Positions 10,230 to 19,931 of a stretch of 64,000 nt of DNA are shown here, piece after piece (position 1 is the stretch's first letter; each line of letters opens with the position of its first letter). This DNA comes from a virus: the IMG/VR virus record IMGVR_UViG_3300025009_000052; one strand, given 5' to 3'. A program made the position numbers and the translations under genes. The notes beneath the pieces were generated by a model. The model worked only from the letters and a program-made list of their open reading frames with translations, was not told the DNA's origin and made no database searches.

Positions 10230-11188
10230 TATCCCTCCCGTTGCTTGATTGCAGCTAATTTATTTGCTAATTGTAAGTTAAATTGATTTAAGTCCGATCC
10301 GCCAGACGATTGAGTCTGTTGTTGTTTCATATAATGAAATTCTATTTGTTCTGGAGTCATTAAGGGAACCTTATTGGTAGGTTCGATTTTAGCATGTCTC
10401 TCATTGACCCTCAATATTTCTTGAGCTTTTTCTTTAGGAGTCATCTCGCTTAATTTTTTTCTATTTTGACTTATTTTTAAGTCTTCCCGAGCAATTGCCT
10501 CGGCTTCCTGTGGGGTTAATCGTCTTTCTCCTAACCCATCTGCTTTTATTTTTTGCCTAACAGAGTTGGTTGGTTTTTTATTAACCGTTTTGGTTAATTT
10601 AGTTGTAGTTTTCGCCGCTGGTTTAATCGTTGGCTTAACTTCAATCGGTTGAATCGTAGGCTTAGTTGGTATATTAGACAGTGATTTTAATTTATTAACT
10701 ACGGGTGTAGTTTGTACTGGTTTAATATCACTAGGCTGCTGAGTAGCCTGAATAGATACACCCCTAGTACCCTTATATGCCAGTTGTTTTAAAAAATCCA
10801 CCTCAATCTCATTGAACTGGCTTTGTATTTCAGTCGCTTGGGGCTTTAATGCTCGAAGCCCTAACAACACCTCTAGTCTATAAACTATATATTCCTTAAG
10901 TTCGTTTTGAACGTTCTGAATAGCTTGTTGATCAGCAGAAACACCTTCAAATAGATTATGGTTAATTAGCATCTCATAGAGTCGGGCTTGTTCTAAGCGA
11001 AGTCTAGCGTTGTAAACAATACTTGTTTCTTGTTCATCCAATTCAAAAGCAGACTCTTCCTGTATTTCTTCAACAACCTGATGAGATATATTATGAAATG
11101 GGGTTATAGATATAACTTCGGGTTGTGAGTTGTCCCCCAACATTTCATAGTTTGATATCGTATCTTGATTTTCCCAAAAATTTCCCAT
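10229..11188 (-). CDS. hypothetical protein
   Basis: Likely start MGNFWEN after AGAGG RBS. Confidence 0.65.
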   Translation of the reverse strand: MGNFWENQDTISNYEMLGDNSQPEVISITPFHNISHQVVEEIQEESAFELDEQETSIVYNARLRLEQARLYEMLINHNLFEGVSADQQAIQNVQNELKEYIVYRLEVLLGLRALKPQATEIQSQFNEIEVDFLKQLAYKGTRGVSIQATQQPSDIKPVQTTPVVNKLKSLSNIPTKPTIQPIEVKPTIKPAAKTTTKLTKTVNKKPTNSVRQKIKADGLGERRLTPQEAEAIAREDLKISQNRKKLSEMTPKEKAQEILRVNERHAKIEPTNKVPLMTPEQIEFHYMKQQQTQSSGGSDLNQFNLQLANKLAAIKQREG

Positions 11189-11232
11189 AAAATTACCTCT
11201 CTTAGAGATATACCACAAAATCTAAATAAATA

Positions 11233-11826
11233 CTACTTTTGTTCTAAAAAGAACGCATATCCTAATAAGATAGCGTCTGCCCTGTCTTCATCTTTAAGTT
11301 TAAGATCTAAATTGAACAGTTCATTAACCCTACGGACGTTAACGTGTTTTTTTCCGACTTTGCCTAATCGCTTACCGTCACTGTCCTTGACGACCTTCTC
11401 ACCTAAACCGTGTTTGGTTCTGACAGTTTTATTTTGTTTTTTTTCTTCAGTGGTCATTAGGCAGCCACATACCCTACGCCACTCTTCAGTTCGGTAATAT
11501 TTAGCCGGAGTCATTGTATAACTTATCATTTCAGCCACCCTAAGGTGTATGAATTCCAATATTTTTTGTGAAAAGTTGTTTTTAGAACCCTTAGATGTTT
11601 CCTCAATGACTAATTTGTCTGGACTAAACTGTTTCATTAATTTTTCAATTTCCCTAAAACACTCCCAGGACCACTGTAAATAGTCCATAGGATATTCGAT
11701 TTTAGGTTTTTCAATTTTTGGTAAAGTTCCAGACGCTAATAGTTCATATTTATTATCTTTTATGTGCGCTACCGAATATCCTGTCTTGGTTGAAAGATCC
11801 AAAGACAGGACAGTTATAGAATCCAC
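11233..11826 (-). CDS. RuvC-like Holliday junction resolvase
   Basis: LSLDLSTKTGYS, LVIEE, DEDRADAILLG. Confidence 0.85.
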   Translation of the reverse strand: MDSITVLSLDLSTKTGYSVAHIKDNKYELLASGTLPKIEKPKIEYPMDYLQWSWECFREIEKLMKQFSPDKLVIEETSKGSKNNFSQKILEFIHLRVAEMISYTMTPAKYYRTEEWRRVCGCLMTTEEKKQNKTVRTKHGLGEKVVKDSDGKRLGKVGKKHVNVRRVNELFNLDLKLKDEDRADAILLGYAFFLEQK

Positions 11827-12137
11827 TATTCCTCTTCTACTTTATCATTTTCTTCGTTAGATTGGCCATTAGCTTCTCTTATAAGCATATTAATATAAGC
11901 CATTTTCATTTTTAATGCCCCAATAGCATCACGGTATGGGCCCGCTAAAAAAGTAACATTCTCTTTAGCCGATTGAAGTTCCGTGTCTAGTTTTTGGGCC
12001 AACTCTGAATCTTCTCTATGTTTAGAGTAAATCAATAGGTTCTTTTCTAAATCCTGAGATCCCAAATTCTGAATTGATTCAACAAATGATGGGAATTTCT
12101 TAAGTACTTTTTTCTTAAATTCTTGTGTCTTGCTCAT
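11826..12137 (-). CDS. hypothetical protein
   Basis: 103-aa ORF with GGAG RBS. Confidence 0.65.
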   Translation of the reverse strand: MSKTQEFKKKVLKKFPSFVESIQNLGSQDLEKNLLIYSKHREDSELAQKLDTELQSAKENVTFLAGPYRDAIGALKMKMAYINMLIREANGQSNEENDKVEEE

Positions 12138-12147
12138 TTTTGCTCCT

Positions 12148-12504
12148 TTAAAACTTATTATCCTTGAAGTCGAACTTTGGTAATCTCTTAAAGCATTCTA
12201 ATCTATTAAGATGTCCAATTGTTGCTTCCACAATACATAATTGTATTTGCTTTTCTTGATCTAGTTGGGTTTTTAATCTACCAGATGTTTGAAGAAACTT
12301 AGGAAAAGTTTCATGAGCCATTAGTGTTTTGGCGTCATCTACAATGGTAGTTAGGTCTTTATTGTTCATTAAATGCGTAGCTTTATTTTTATGTACATAT
12401 TTTTCTAACAATAGAGTTAGTGTCTGTACCTTATCAGAATGACCTTGATTTTCCATAACCTTAAGTGTTTCTAAAACGTCTTGATAAATATTGTCATTTA
12501 GCAT
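12148..12504 (-). CDS. hypothetical protein
   Basis: 118-aa ORF with GGAGG RBS and upstream TGGTATATT. Confidence 0.65.
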   Translation of the reverse strand: MLNDNIYQDVLETLKVMENQGHSDKVQTLTLLLEKYVHKNKATHLMNNKDLTTIVDDAKTLMAHETFPKFLQTSGRLKTQLDQEKQIQLCIVEATIGHLNRLECFKRLPKFDFKDNKF

Positions 12505-12544
12505 GTTGCCTCCCTCTGTTAATTAAATATACCATAAACAGAGG

Positions 12545-14545
12545 CTATTGTCCAATAGAAATAACGTCCGAAATCATTTCTTTTAATTCTGGACTATGGT
12601 CTACCAATATTATTTGTTTACCGCTATCTAATGATTTTAAAACATCTAAATACTGTTCTTTTCCCTCAGAATCCAAACCATCAAACGGTTCATCTATGAT
12701 GAAGAAATTCGCACCCTTACCTACCTTATTTTCAATAACATCAATGACGGCTAAATCTACCGCTAAATCAATTACTGTACGCTCACCACCAGACAATGTT
12801 TTAATGGGAATGTCACTTTCACCGGCTTTAGTTATAATAGCATTTACCTCATCTTTTATGGTGCCAGACTTGTTTTCCTTACATCCCTCAAAAAAGATGC
12901 TGGAATTAGCCATATTATGAACGTTTCCTAAAATAGAAGTGGCCGTCTCACCAATCGTATCCAAAGTCTCTTGAAATATTTGAAGAGTGTATGACTTAAT
13001 CAGTCTTTTAGCTTCTTCCGCAATTATCAGGTTATTTTTTAATTGACACAATGAGTCTTGGATACTAGAAAGCTTTTGCTGCTTTTGGATAATATTTACT
13101 TCAATATCTTCCATTCGTTGTTTGTAAGATCTACAATTCAAATTATAGTTTTGAAGTTCTTTTCCCATAATTTCAATGTCAGTACTTACAGTGTTGAGAG
13201 TGGTCTTGACACTATTGATCTCCCCGTCATATATTTCACTAATTTCTTTTTGTTTTTGAAGAAACAGGTTTTGATCTTTTAGATATATGGAATCAATTTC
13301 TTTTTGAAGATTGCTTAACTTATTTTTTTCTTGAGACAGTTGTTCTTGTAATCCGGCAATTTGAATATCAAAAGAAGATGTGTCTGGCGATTGTAATTGT
13401 TTAATTAAACACTCAATAGATCCTATGTCTTCTAAAAGAAGTGGCTCTTGGTCTATTTTAGACTTTTTTTGTAAAATATCGCTCACCAGATTTTTGATCT
13501 GGGTATCTAATTTGTTAATATATTCTTTTTGATCGTTGCTTGACCATAATTGATTACAGGTAGGACAGCTATTGTTTTCAGCATGTTGTTTTTGTTGTTT
13601 AAAAGTGTTTACGTTAGATACTATACTTTGTATTTCGGTTTTTAGATACTGAATCTTATTCAATTGTTGCTTTTTATCGGATAATTTATTAGACAATTCC
13701 TGTCTTTTCTCAATTACGCTTTTCACTAGGGCGTTTTTTTGATAATTAACCTCTTTAATCAAAGACTCTATTTCCCTAGAAGCACTGAGGTCATATTCAC
13801 ATACTCCTTTTATTGGTTTAGATATTTGACTCAACTGATTTTGCTTATTTTCAATTAGAGACTGGAGCTTAGTAGATAATTGATCTCGTACAAGTCTTTT
13901 TTGTTCTAATAAGTCTCTATCCACAAGACATACCGGTGCTATTTCCCTGTTTTTTATTAAAATCAATTCGTCTATATTTGCTGTTAAATTGATACATTCA
14001 GAGGCTTTTGTATCAATTAATTGGAGGTTATTTTTATTTTTCTCATTAATAAGTTCGATTTTATCTTGATAAGGCTGTAATCCTAATAATTCAATTAAAA
14101 ATTCATAAGTTTGTTTAGCTGTCATTTGTAAGAAAAAACCCCTCTCCTGCTGTGACTTATGTATAATTTTCTTGAAAAGCTTTCTGGGCACCCCTATTAG
14201 TTCGTCCAATTTTAACTCAGCCAAATCAACATTGCCAGATATAGTTTCGCTAGGTAATTTAATAGTAAGTCCATCTTTTTTACTTCGTTCTACAGTAATA
14301 ATTTGATCATTATATTTAAAAATCCCCCTAACGTATATGGGTTTTTTAGTAAATCGACTTTGTAATTGTGTTGCTGGTATGGAATTTACATCTAATAAAT
14401 AGTCCAAAGCGTGGAATATTGTTGATTTACCTACTCCAGACGGGCCATCAATTAGCAATAGGTTACTATGATTACTTAGTTCAAAAACTTGCTCTTCAGT
14501 GAATCTTCCTATGTTGTTAAATATAAGTGTTTGTAAGTATAACAT
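12545..14545 (-). CDS. sbcC: SbcC/Rad50 (gp46-like) ABC ATPase
   Basis: Walker A GPSGVGKST, coiled coil with CPTC zinc hook, LSGGE signature, IIDEPFDGLD, VDH. Confidence 0.95.
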   Translation of the reverse strand: MLYLQTLIFNNIGRFTEEQVFELSNHSNLLLIDGPSGVGKSTIFHALDYLLDVNSIPATQLQSRFTKKPIYVRGIFKYNDQIITVERSKKDGLTIKLPSETISGNVDLAELKLDELIGVPRKLFKKIIHKSQQERGFFLQMTAKQTYEFLIELLGLQPYQDKIELINEKNKNNLQLIDTKASECINLTANIDELILIKNREIAPVCLVDRDLLEQKRLVRDQLSTKLQSLIENKQNQLSQISKPIKGVCEYDLSASREIESLIKEVNYQKNALVKSVIEKRQELSNKLSDKKQQLNKIQYLKTEIQSIVSNVNTFKQQKQHAENNSCPTCNQLWSSNDQKEYINKLDTQIKNLVSDILQKKSKIDQEPLLLEDIGSIECLIKQLQSPDTSSFDIQIAGLQEQLSQEKNKLSNLQKEIDSIYLKDQNLFLQKQKEISEIYDGEINSVKTTLNTVSTDIEIMGKELQNYNLNCRSYKQRMEDIEVNIIQKQQKLSSIQDSLCQLKNNLIIAEEAKRLIKSYTLQIFQETLDTIGETATSILGNVHNMANSSIFFEGCKENKSGTIKDEVNAIITKAGESDIPIKTLSGGERTVIDLAVDLAVIDVIENKVGKGANFFIIDEPFDGLDSEGKEQYLDVLKSLDSGKQIILVDHSPELKEMISDVISIGQ

Positions 14546-14547
14546 GT

Positions 14548-14796
14548 TTATCCTTTTTCTATTACTTTTTGTCTTTCACTCTCAACAATATCCTTATTGA
14601 TTTCTAACTGTCTCTGTCTTAAGCCATTATCAATAACCTCTGTAGATTTAGAGAATGGGGATGATAATTGTCTTTCCATTTTTCCCATCATACATATACC
14701 ACAATCTAAATTACGGGGAATATCAGTAGTGTTTTTAAAGTATTTCTTTATTTCAACCTGACATTTGGGGTTATTGCACTTAAAAATTATAATCAT
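14548..14796 (-). CDS. small zinc-ribbon protein (FmdB-like)
   Basis: CNNPKC...CGIC; likely start MIIIFKC after AGAGG. Confidence 0.6.
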   Translation of the reverse strand: MIIIFKCNNPKCQVEIKKYFKNTTDIPRNLDCGICMMGKMERQLSSPFSKSTEVIDNGLRQRQLEINKDIVESERQKVIEKG

Positions 14797-14811
14797 TTTA
14801 ATACCTCTACA

Positions 14812-14866
14812 ACTATATACCACAAAAAATAAAAAACCCTCCAATTAGGAGGGTTAGTTTAGAAAA
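14812..14866 (-). repeat. 55-bp terminator-plus-promoter cassette, copy 2
   Basis: Identical to 8327-8381. Confidence 0.9.
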
Positions 14867-14878
14867 TTTATAATTTAA

Positions 14879-15865
14879 CTAATAAGATTTTTTAATATTG
14901 TTTTTCTTATTCAAAACTTCGTTACGGTGCGTCTTCTCTTGTTCTTTGATAAAAGTATCTAGAGTTTCTGCATCTTTACCTGTTGGAAAAACACTCTTAC
15001 TACTCCAATAATTGGTCGTATCTTTTTTTACAGGCTCTTCTTTGTGCCCGTAATATTCATAGGTATCTCCATCAGGTGTTGTTACGAACGTTTTCATACT
15101 TAAGGGGTATCCAATAGTAGGACAATCTGAAAAAGTGTCAACAAATACGATTTTATAGCCCATAAATCTAAAAGATTCTGTTCTACTCCAACTTCCCTTA
15201 AGTGTAGGATTACAAACAACTTTAACAACTGCATCCGCATAACCCTGGGCTACAGCTTTTTCCCCATTAAGCCAAAGTTCATTTTCGTAAGCTGCTCTGT
15301 ACGACTTTAATGTTTGCTTACCATTAGTTCTCTTTACGGTTTGCTTATCCATCATTGTAATTCTTTCTAACCAATGAACATATCTTTGGTCCAATTGAGA
15401 TAGTCCGTCTCCAAACTCACCGTAGAAACCACCCGTTGCTTTGTGACTCATTAGTTCACCAAAAGGTAGGATGTATCTCTTTCCTAAGAATTGAACTGTT
15501 TGGAAGCCCATACTAGCCGCAAAACTAGTGATGGTGTGTATTGGACGATTTAAGCTATTTAGGTAGTTTTGCAATTCCAATCCTGCATAGATAGATCCTC
15601 CACCCGAGTCAATAAATAGAAACATAGGGTCGCCACTGGGTAAAGAAGCGTCCATCTGTCTAGCTTTATCCATAACTTCTGCTACGGAAGAGCCGTCAAA
15701 ATAGGTATTCATAATCAGTGTGTTTTCCTTAGAAAGATTAATAGTAACAATACCGTCTTTGGACGACACAATGGTCTTATGGGGCTCGCTCTTTTTAACC
15801 TCTTTTGTTGCCCCAAATGTCAACGACACACACAAAAGAAGAATAAACATTAGTACTTTTTTCAT
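14879..15865 (-). CDS. ClpP/crotonase-fold serine protease with signal peptide
   Basis: IDSGGGSIYAG, FAASMG (catalytic Ser), LMSH; hydrophobic N-terminus MKKVLMFILLLCVSLTFG. Confidence 0.85.
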   Translation of the reverse strand: MKKVLMFILLLCVSLTFGATKEVKKSEPHKTIVSSKDGIVTINLSKENTLIMNTYFDGSSVAEVMDKARQMDASLPSGDPMFLFIDSGGGSIYAGLELQNYLNSLNRPIHTITSFAASMGFQTVQFLGKRYILPFGELMSHKATGGFYGEFGDGLSQLDQRYVHWLERITMMDKQTVKRTNGKQTLKSYRAAYENELWLNGEKAVAQGYADAVVKVVCNPTLKGSWSRTESFRFMGYKIVFVDTFSDCPTIGYPLSMKTFVTTPDGDTYEYYGHKEEPVKKDTTNYWSSKSVFPTGKDAETLDTFIKEQEKTHRNEVLNKKNNIKKSY

Positions 15866-15915
15866 TTTTTTCTCCTATACGGATTTACTACCGTTACTTT
15901 AATATACCATATTTT

Positions 15916-16182
15916 TTATATTTTATCGCACTTTAGTGGAAATATAATATTATGATCTCCATTGTGTATTTCCACATAATCATCTACTTCATTTAAGTTA
16001 TTGATATTATTAATGTAAAATCGACTATTGTATTTAAGGACAGTAACTTTGTTTTTATTAGACTGAATCACTATCTGTTTATGATTATAAGTACAGATTA
16101 AATCATAAGGAAATATTTCATGACAGTATCCTAAGATAGATAGTAAAAATAGAACAATACTAACGTTTCTGATTGTATTCAT
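15916..16182 (-). CDS. small exported or membrane protein
   Basis: N-terminal hydrophobic segment. Confidence 0.55.
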   Translation of the reverse strand: MNTIRNVSIVLFLLSILGYCHEIFPYDLICTYNHKQIVIQSNKNKVTVLKYNSRFYINNINNLNEVDDYVEIHNGDHNIIFPLKCDKI

Positions 16183-16557
16183 TTAAAACTCCCATTTTAT
16201 AGACACCGATACCATAGTTTCCTGTTTTTTAAAGTTATGCACAAAGTCTGGTCTAACATGACCACCTACAAATTTAAAGGTAAGTTTTCTAATTGGTTTG
16301 GTTCCAATTTCTCCTTTATAGAGGCTAGCCACTGTGGTCGTGATTATAAATACCGTACTCTTTTTTAATCCGGTTTTTTTCATCACATAGTATTCGGCTT
16401 TTTTTCTAACTTTATAGATATGATTAGATTTAAGAATTGCTTTTTGAACATACCCCTTAGCCCGCATAAAATTAGCCCTATTGTTTTCATCTGTCTGTTC
16501 ATCGGCACCAGTATTATAAGTTGCGACTATAAATATGATTAACAAAACATACTTCAT
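16183..16557 (-). CDS. exported hypothetical protein
   Basis: Signal-like N-terminus; ends in beta-strand-like SVSIKWEF. Confidence 0.6.
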   Translation of the reverse strand: MKYVLLIIFIVATYNTGADEQTDENNRANFMRAKGYVQKAILKSNHIYKVRKKAEYYVMKKTGLKKSTVFIITTTVASLYKGEIGTKPIRKLTFKFVGGHVRPDFVHNFKKQETMVSVSIKWEF

Positions 16558-16562
16558 GTCTT

Positions 16563-16592
16563 ATATTAACATTAAAATTAGGTAAAAGTCAA
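16563..16592 (-). promoter_or_regulatory. sigma70-like promoter (TTGACT-18-TAATAT), apparently leaderless
   Basis: -10 ends 5 nt before the ATG at 16557; no SD. Confidence 0.6.
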
Positions 16593-17231
16593 CTATTTAC
16601 TGTTTTTAAGGGCTAAAAGTGCCTTGAGGATTTCACCGCTAGACGGTTTTTTGTCTAACTGATTGATATCTATGGAGTTTGATCCATCTACTATTTCGGT
16701 GGGCCCATTTATATTAATATTAACTGACGGAGATTCGTTTGGAGGTAATGGAATTGAGGCTGGGTTACCAGATGCTATTAATTTCTCCAACATTTCGATA
16801 GTTTTGTGATACTTTCCCAATAAATTAGTATCTAAGTTTTCAATAATCGCATCGTCATTAGTAGCTAAATACTTATTTAACTTATTAATATAATAACGAT
16901 TCATTGCCGACATAAAAGTAGCTACGGTATTGGCTCCTTCTATTTTAGAATTGCAGGTTTTATTCCACAAAGAAGAGGCAATGTCGTTGATTTTGGACAT
17001 CTTTTTATCATTCCATTTGCCTCGGTGAGCTACATAAAGTATGATATTTTTATTAAAATGGGATATTTCGGCAATTTCGGCATAGGTTTTACCAGAAACA
17101 TAGAGCTCAAACCATTGTGTGACTTTTTCTGAGTCTATTTTGACCAAACCTGGACATCCATTTTGTCGATACTCAACAATGGCATCTTTTTCATCTTGGG
17201 TCATATCGTCAGGAAGTCCTATTAAATCCAT
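16593..17231 (-). CDS. HTH protein, possibly terminase small subunit-like
   Basis: FELYVSGKTYAEIAEISH..W HTH, helical middle, C-terminal NININ strand. Confidence 0.4.
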   Translation of the reverse strand: MDLIGLPDDMTQDEKDAIVEYRQNGCPGLVKIDSEKVTQWFELYVSGKTYAEIAEISHFNKNIILYVAHRGKWNDKKMSKINDIASSLWNKTCNSKIEGANTVATFMSAMNRYYINKLNKYLATNDDAIIENLDTNLLGKYHKTIEMLEKLIASGNPASIPLPPNESPSVNININGPTEIVDGSNSIDINQLDKKPSSGEILKALLALKNSK

Positions 17232-17572
17232 CTTTTTCCTTTTCTTTTAAAGATTACTTCTGTATCGCTCCAGAATAAAAATCTTACCCAATTGGCTATA
17301 TCGTGAAGTGCCCTTTCCTTAGTTTTTTTACTAACCTTACTTCCTTTTTTAAAAATAAAATCATACTCTACCGTTCCAGAGTATATCCCTAATGAGTTTT
17401 CTTTTTCAGAGTTCTCATCTAAGCAAAAATCATATTTTAAATTAAAAGTATCTAAATTGTCAAACACTAGCTTGGGCCATATTTTTAAATTCTGAAGCTG
17501 GAAATCCGAAACAACCCCTGTGAGTAATAGGTTGGTACGATCTTGTTCGACTACGTTATTAGGTTCCATCAA
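17222..17572 (-). CDS. hypothetical protein
   Basis: 116-aa ORF in operon. Confidence 0.65.
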   Translation of the reverse strand: MMEPNNVVEQDRTNLLLTGVVSDFQLQNLKIWPKLVFDNLDTFNLKYDFCLDENSEKENSLGIYSGTVEYDFIFKKGSKVSKKTKERALHDIANWVRFLFWSDTEVIFKRKGKRWI

Positions 17573-18564
17573 ACACCTTCGGTTAGATTTTTTAAATAAT
17601 CATTTATTTGAAGTTTAGTTACGCCCGCAATTGGTTCAAAATAGCTTTCTAAATATTCTGGAAGTTGGTACAAGCCCTCTCTACTTACCTGAATTGTTTT
17701 ACGATCGGTTGGAACACCCTTAATACTAGCAATTTCTTTATATTTCTTTTTCATGGTTGTTATCCAGGACGTTTTTCCATGAAATTCCAGATAATTACGA
17801 GCAGTATTGGTTAATTCGGGAACTTCTTGGCCCTCATAAATAACATATTTATAGATAGGACTAACGACATTAGCTGTGGATATAAATTTACTAGAAATCA
17901 TAGACCCGTCGTCGTTGTGGTCAAATATCCAAATGCCCTTTTCCGAATTTGCATCCGCCATAGTGTCCCACTTGGGGGTTCCTATATATTGACACTTACC
18001 TATTTGCTGACCTTTATGTATATGTCCTGATATGATCTTATCTTGAGGGATTAGGTTAGGTTCTATGGCGTCTTCAGCATAAAATCCGGTCTCGTAAGAA
18101 GCGCCAGTAAAGGTTTGGTGGGCGACCAACAAAGTAGTAGCTCCTTTATTGTACAAAGTAACACAGTCGTCTAATAATTTTTCGTGATTTTTAGTATAAG
18201 GCGCATATGCAATGTTATTTATGATAGTGGGCGTATTAATAATATGAACATTAGGCCACTTACCATGAAATACATTTAAAGCATTAAATAGTTCTTTTTC
18301 CTTAGACCCAATTTGATCATGATTCCCTACTAAAACTATGATATTTTCTAGCCTACTATTGCTTAATTTAGAAAAAACTGTTAGCCAAAAAGTTTCAACC
18401 TCTACTCTTTTTACGGCATGGTTGTGAAATAAGTCTCCTAGAAACTCTATGGTATCGATATTTTCATTAAAAATTACATTAAATATATAATTCATTAACC
18501 TATTGGCTTCTTCTAGGTTAGTTAATTTAATATGTGGATCGCCGACTCTCAATATCCTATTCAT
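17569..18564 (-). CDS. sbcD: SbcD/Mre11 (gp47-like) nuclease
   Basis: GDPH, GDLFH, GNHD, AHQ, SGHIH; partner SbcC nearby; likely start MNRILRVGD. Confidence 0.9.
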   Translation of the reverse strand: MNRILRVGDPHIKLTNLEEANRLMNYIFNVIFNENIDTIEFLGDLFHNHAVKRVEVETFWLTVFSKLSNSRLENIIVLVGNHDQIGSKEKELFNALNVFHGKWPNVHIINTPTIINNIAYAPYTKNHEKLLDDCVTLYNKGATTLLVAHQTFTGASYETGFYAEDAIEPNLIPQDKIISGHIHKGQQIGKCQYIGTPKWDTMADANSEKGIWIFDHNDDGSMISSKFISTANVVSPIYKYVIYEGQEVPELTNTARNYLEFHGKTSWITTMKKKYKEIASIKGVPTDRKTIQVSREGLYQLPEYLESYFEPIAGVTKLQINDYLKNLTEGV

Positions 18565-18862
18565 CGTAAGCCACCACATAGTTAAAATCTAATAGAATAA
18601 ATTGCCTTGAGTCTCCACTTATTTCAAATTTCTGGGTCAAATGTTTTTGAGTATATAGATTTTCTTCTTTTACATAAACATATCCATCTTTGGGTATGGT
18701 AATAACTGAATTACCATAGGTAATCTGTGCGTCTTGCAATACTTTAAGCTTAACTATATTAGCTTTTTGCTGCACAGATGCAAATCCAGAGGTTACTTTA
18801 GTTTGGATTTTTCTTTCTCCAGAGTATATCTCTGTCATTACAAATCCATTTAGTGTTTTCAC
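18557..18862 (-). CDS. GroES-like co-chaperonin
   Basis: MKTLNGFV.. start, TSGF mobile-loop-like segment, KV, C-terminal FILL...VVAY match the Cpn10 layout; GroEL present in window. Confidence 0.55.
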   Translation of the reverse strand: MKTLNGFVMTEIYSGERKIQTKVTSGFASVQQKANIVKLKVLQDAQITYGNSVITIPKDGYVYVKEENLYTQKHLTQKFEISGDSRQFILLDFNYVVAYDE

Positions 18863-19908
18863 AAGACCACTCCTTTTAGCATAATTATCTTTTTCTCTAC
18901 CATATTTAAATCATGGGACGCATTTATGATTTTATCTATAGAGTCTTTTTTAGTTACAATATCTTCAACATCTTGTTCTGGATCTGGAGTGTTATCGTAT
19001 ATTCCCACGCCTTCTTCTGATCCTCCGTCATAATTATCTTCGGAAATTTTACTATCGGTAGACACATAGCCCACACCATTAAGTAGGGTTCTAATATGGG
19101 ATTCAGAAATCGGTAGTGTTGGTATTTTTTTACCTTCTGTTGCGTCTTTTTCAAAAGACGAATTGACAGCCTTAGTCAGATCCTCAATAGAATCTATTTG
19201 AAGTCGATATTTAAGAGCATTTGCTCTATATAGAACTTTTTTATCTGTAGGGTATAGTCGCAAAAACGTTTTAGAATACTCCTCAATCATATTGCTGACC
19301 ATATTGCCAATACAGGTTGATCGCCACACCCTAGTATAGTCTCCACAATATTTATCGATGCCAGTAATCAAACCACACACACAAATATCTATTAAATCCA
19401 ATAAGTTAAGGTGAGATCTGGGGGTTTTTCTATAAAATAATTTAGCCCTATTAATAGCTAGAGGTAGGTTGTTTTCGATTAAAATTCTTCTAGCTTCTAA
19501 GTATTCGTTATAATAGTGCTGCACCTTTTCTGGTAGTGGCCCGCCCCAATTATCTACTATAAATTTAATTAGCAAATAATTTATTTTGTATCTACCGAGA
19601 TTATTCCCTTTCTTTTCTTTAAAATCAGATATTATCCTATCACTAAATGACGTAAACCTTTCTCTAAAGTAGGGCTTAGCACTTAATATATTGCCACTTT
19701 CGTGTAATATATAGTCTATAAATTTAGCATATATTTGGTTAGTTTTTGCGTATTTTTGGGCATAGTACTGGAACTTACGCTCCAGCGATATCATCAATTC
19801 AACCTGTTCTTTTTGGTCACCAATTAGACCATCATTGTCTATAATTGCTTGGTTGACTTGAATAGCCAGCTCTTGGAATTTTTTATCATATTGATTCTTT
19901 TTACTCAT
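18859..19908 (-). CDS. phage sigma70-family factor (regions 2-3; region 4.2 HTH missing)
   Basis: ARRILIENNLPLAINRAK...LLDLI...GLITGIDKY region 2; ends 7 aa after EKKII. Confidence 0.85.
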   Translation of the reverse strand: MSKKNQYDKKFQELAIQVNQAIIDNDGLIGDQKEQVELMISLERKFQYYAQKYAKTNQIYAKFIDYILHESGNILSAKPYFRERFTSFSDRIISDFKEKKGNNLGRYKINYLLIKFIVDNWGGPLPEKVQHYYNEYLEARRILIENNLPLAINRAKLFYRKTPRSHLNLLDLIDICVCGLITGIDKYCGDYTRVWRSTCIGNMVSNMIEEYSKTFLRLYPTDKKVLYRANALKYRLQIDSIEDLTKAVNSSFEKDATEGKKIPTLPISESHIRTLLNGVGYVSTDSKISEDNYDGGSEEGVGIYDNTPDPEQDVEDIVTKKDSIDKIINASHDLNMVEKKIIMLKGVVL

Positions 19909-19931
19909 ATATATCTATATACCATATTATT

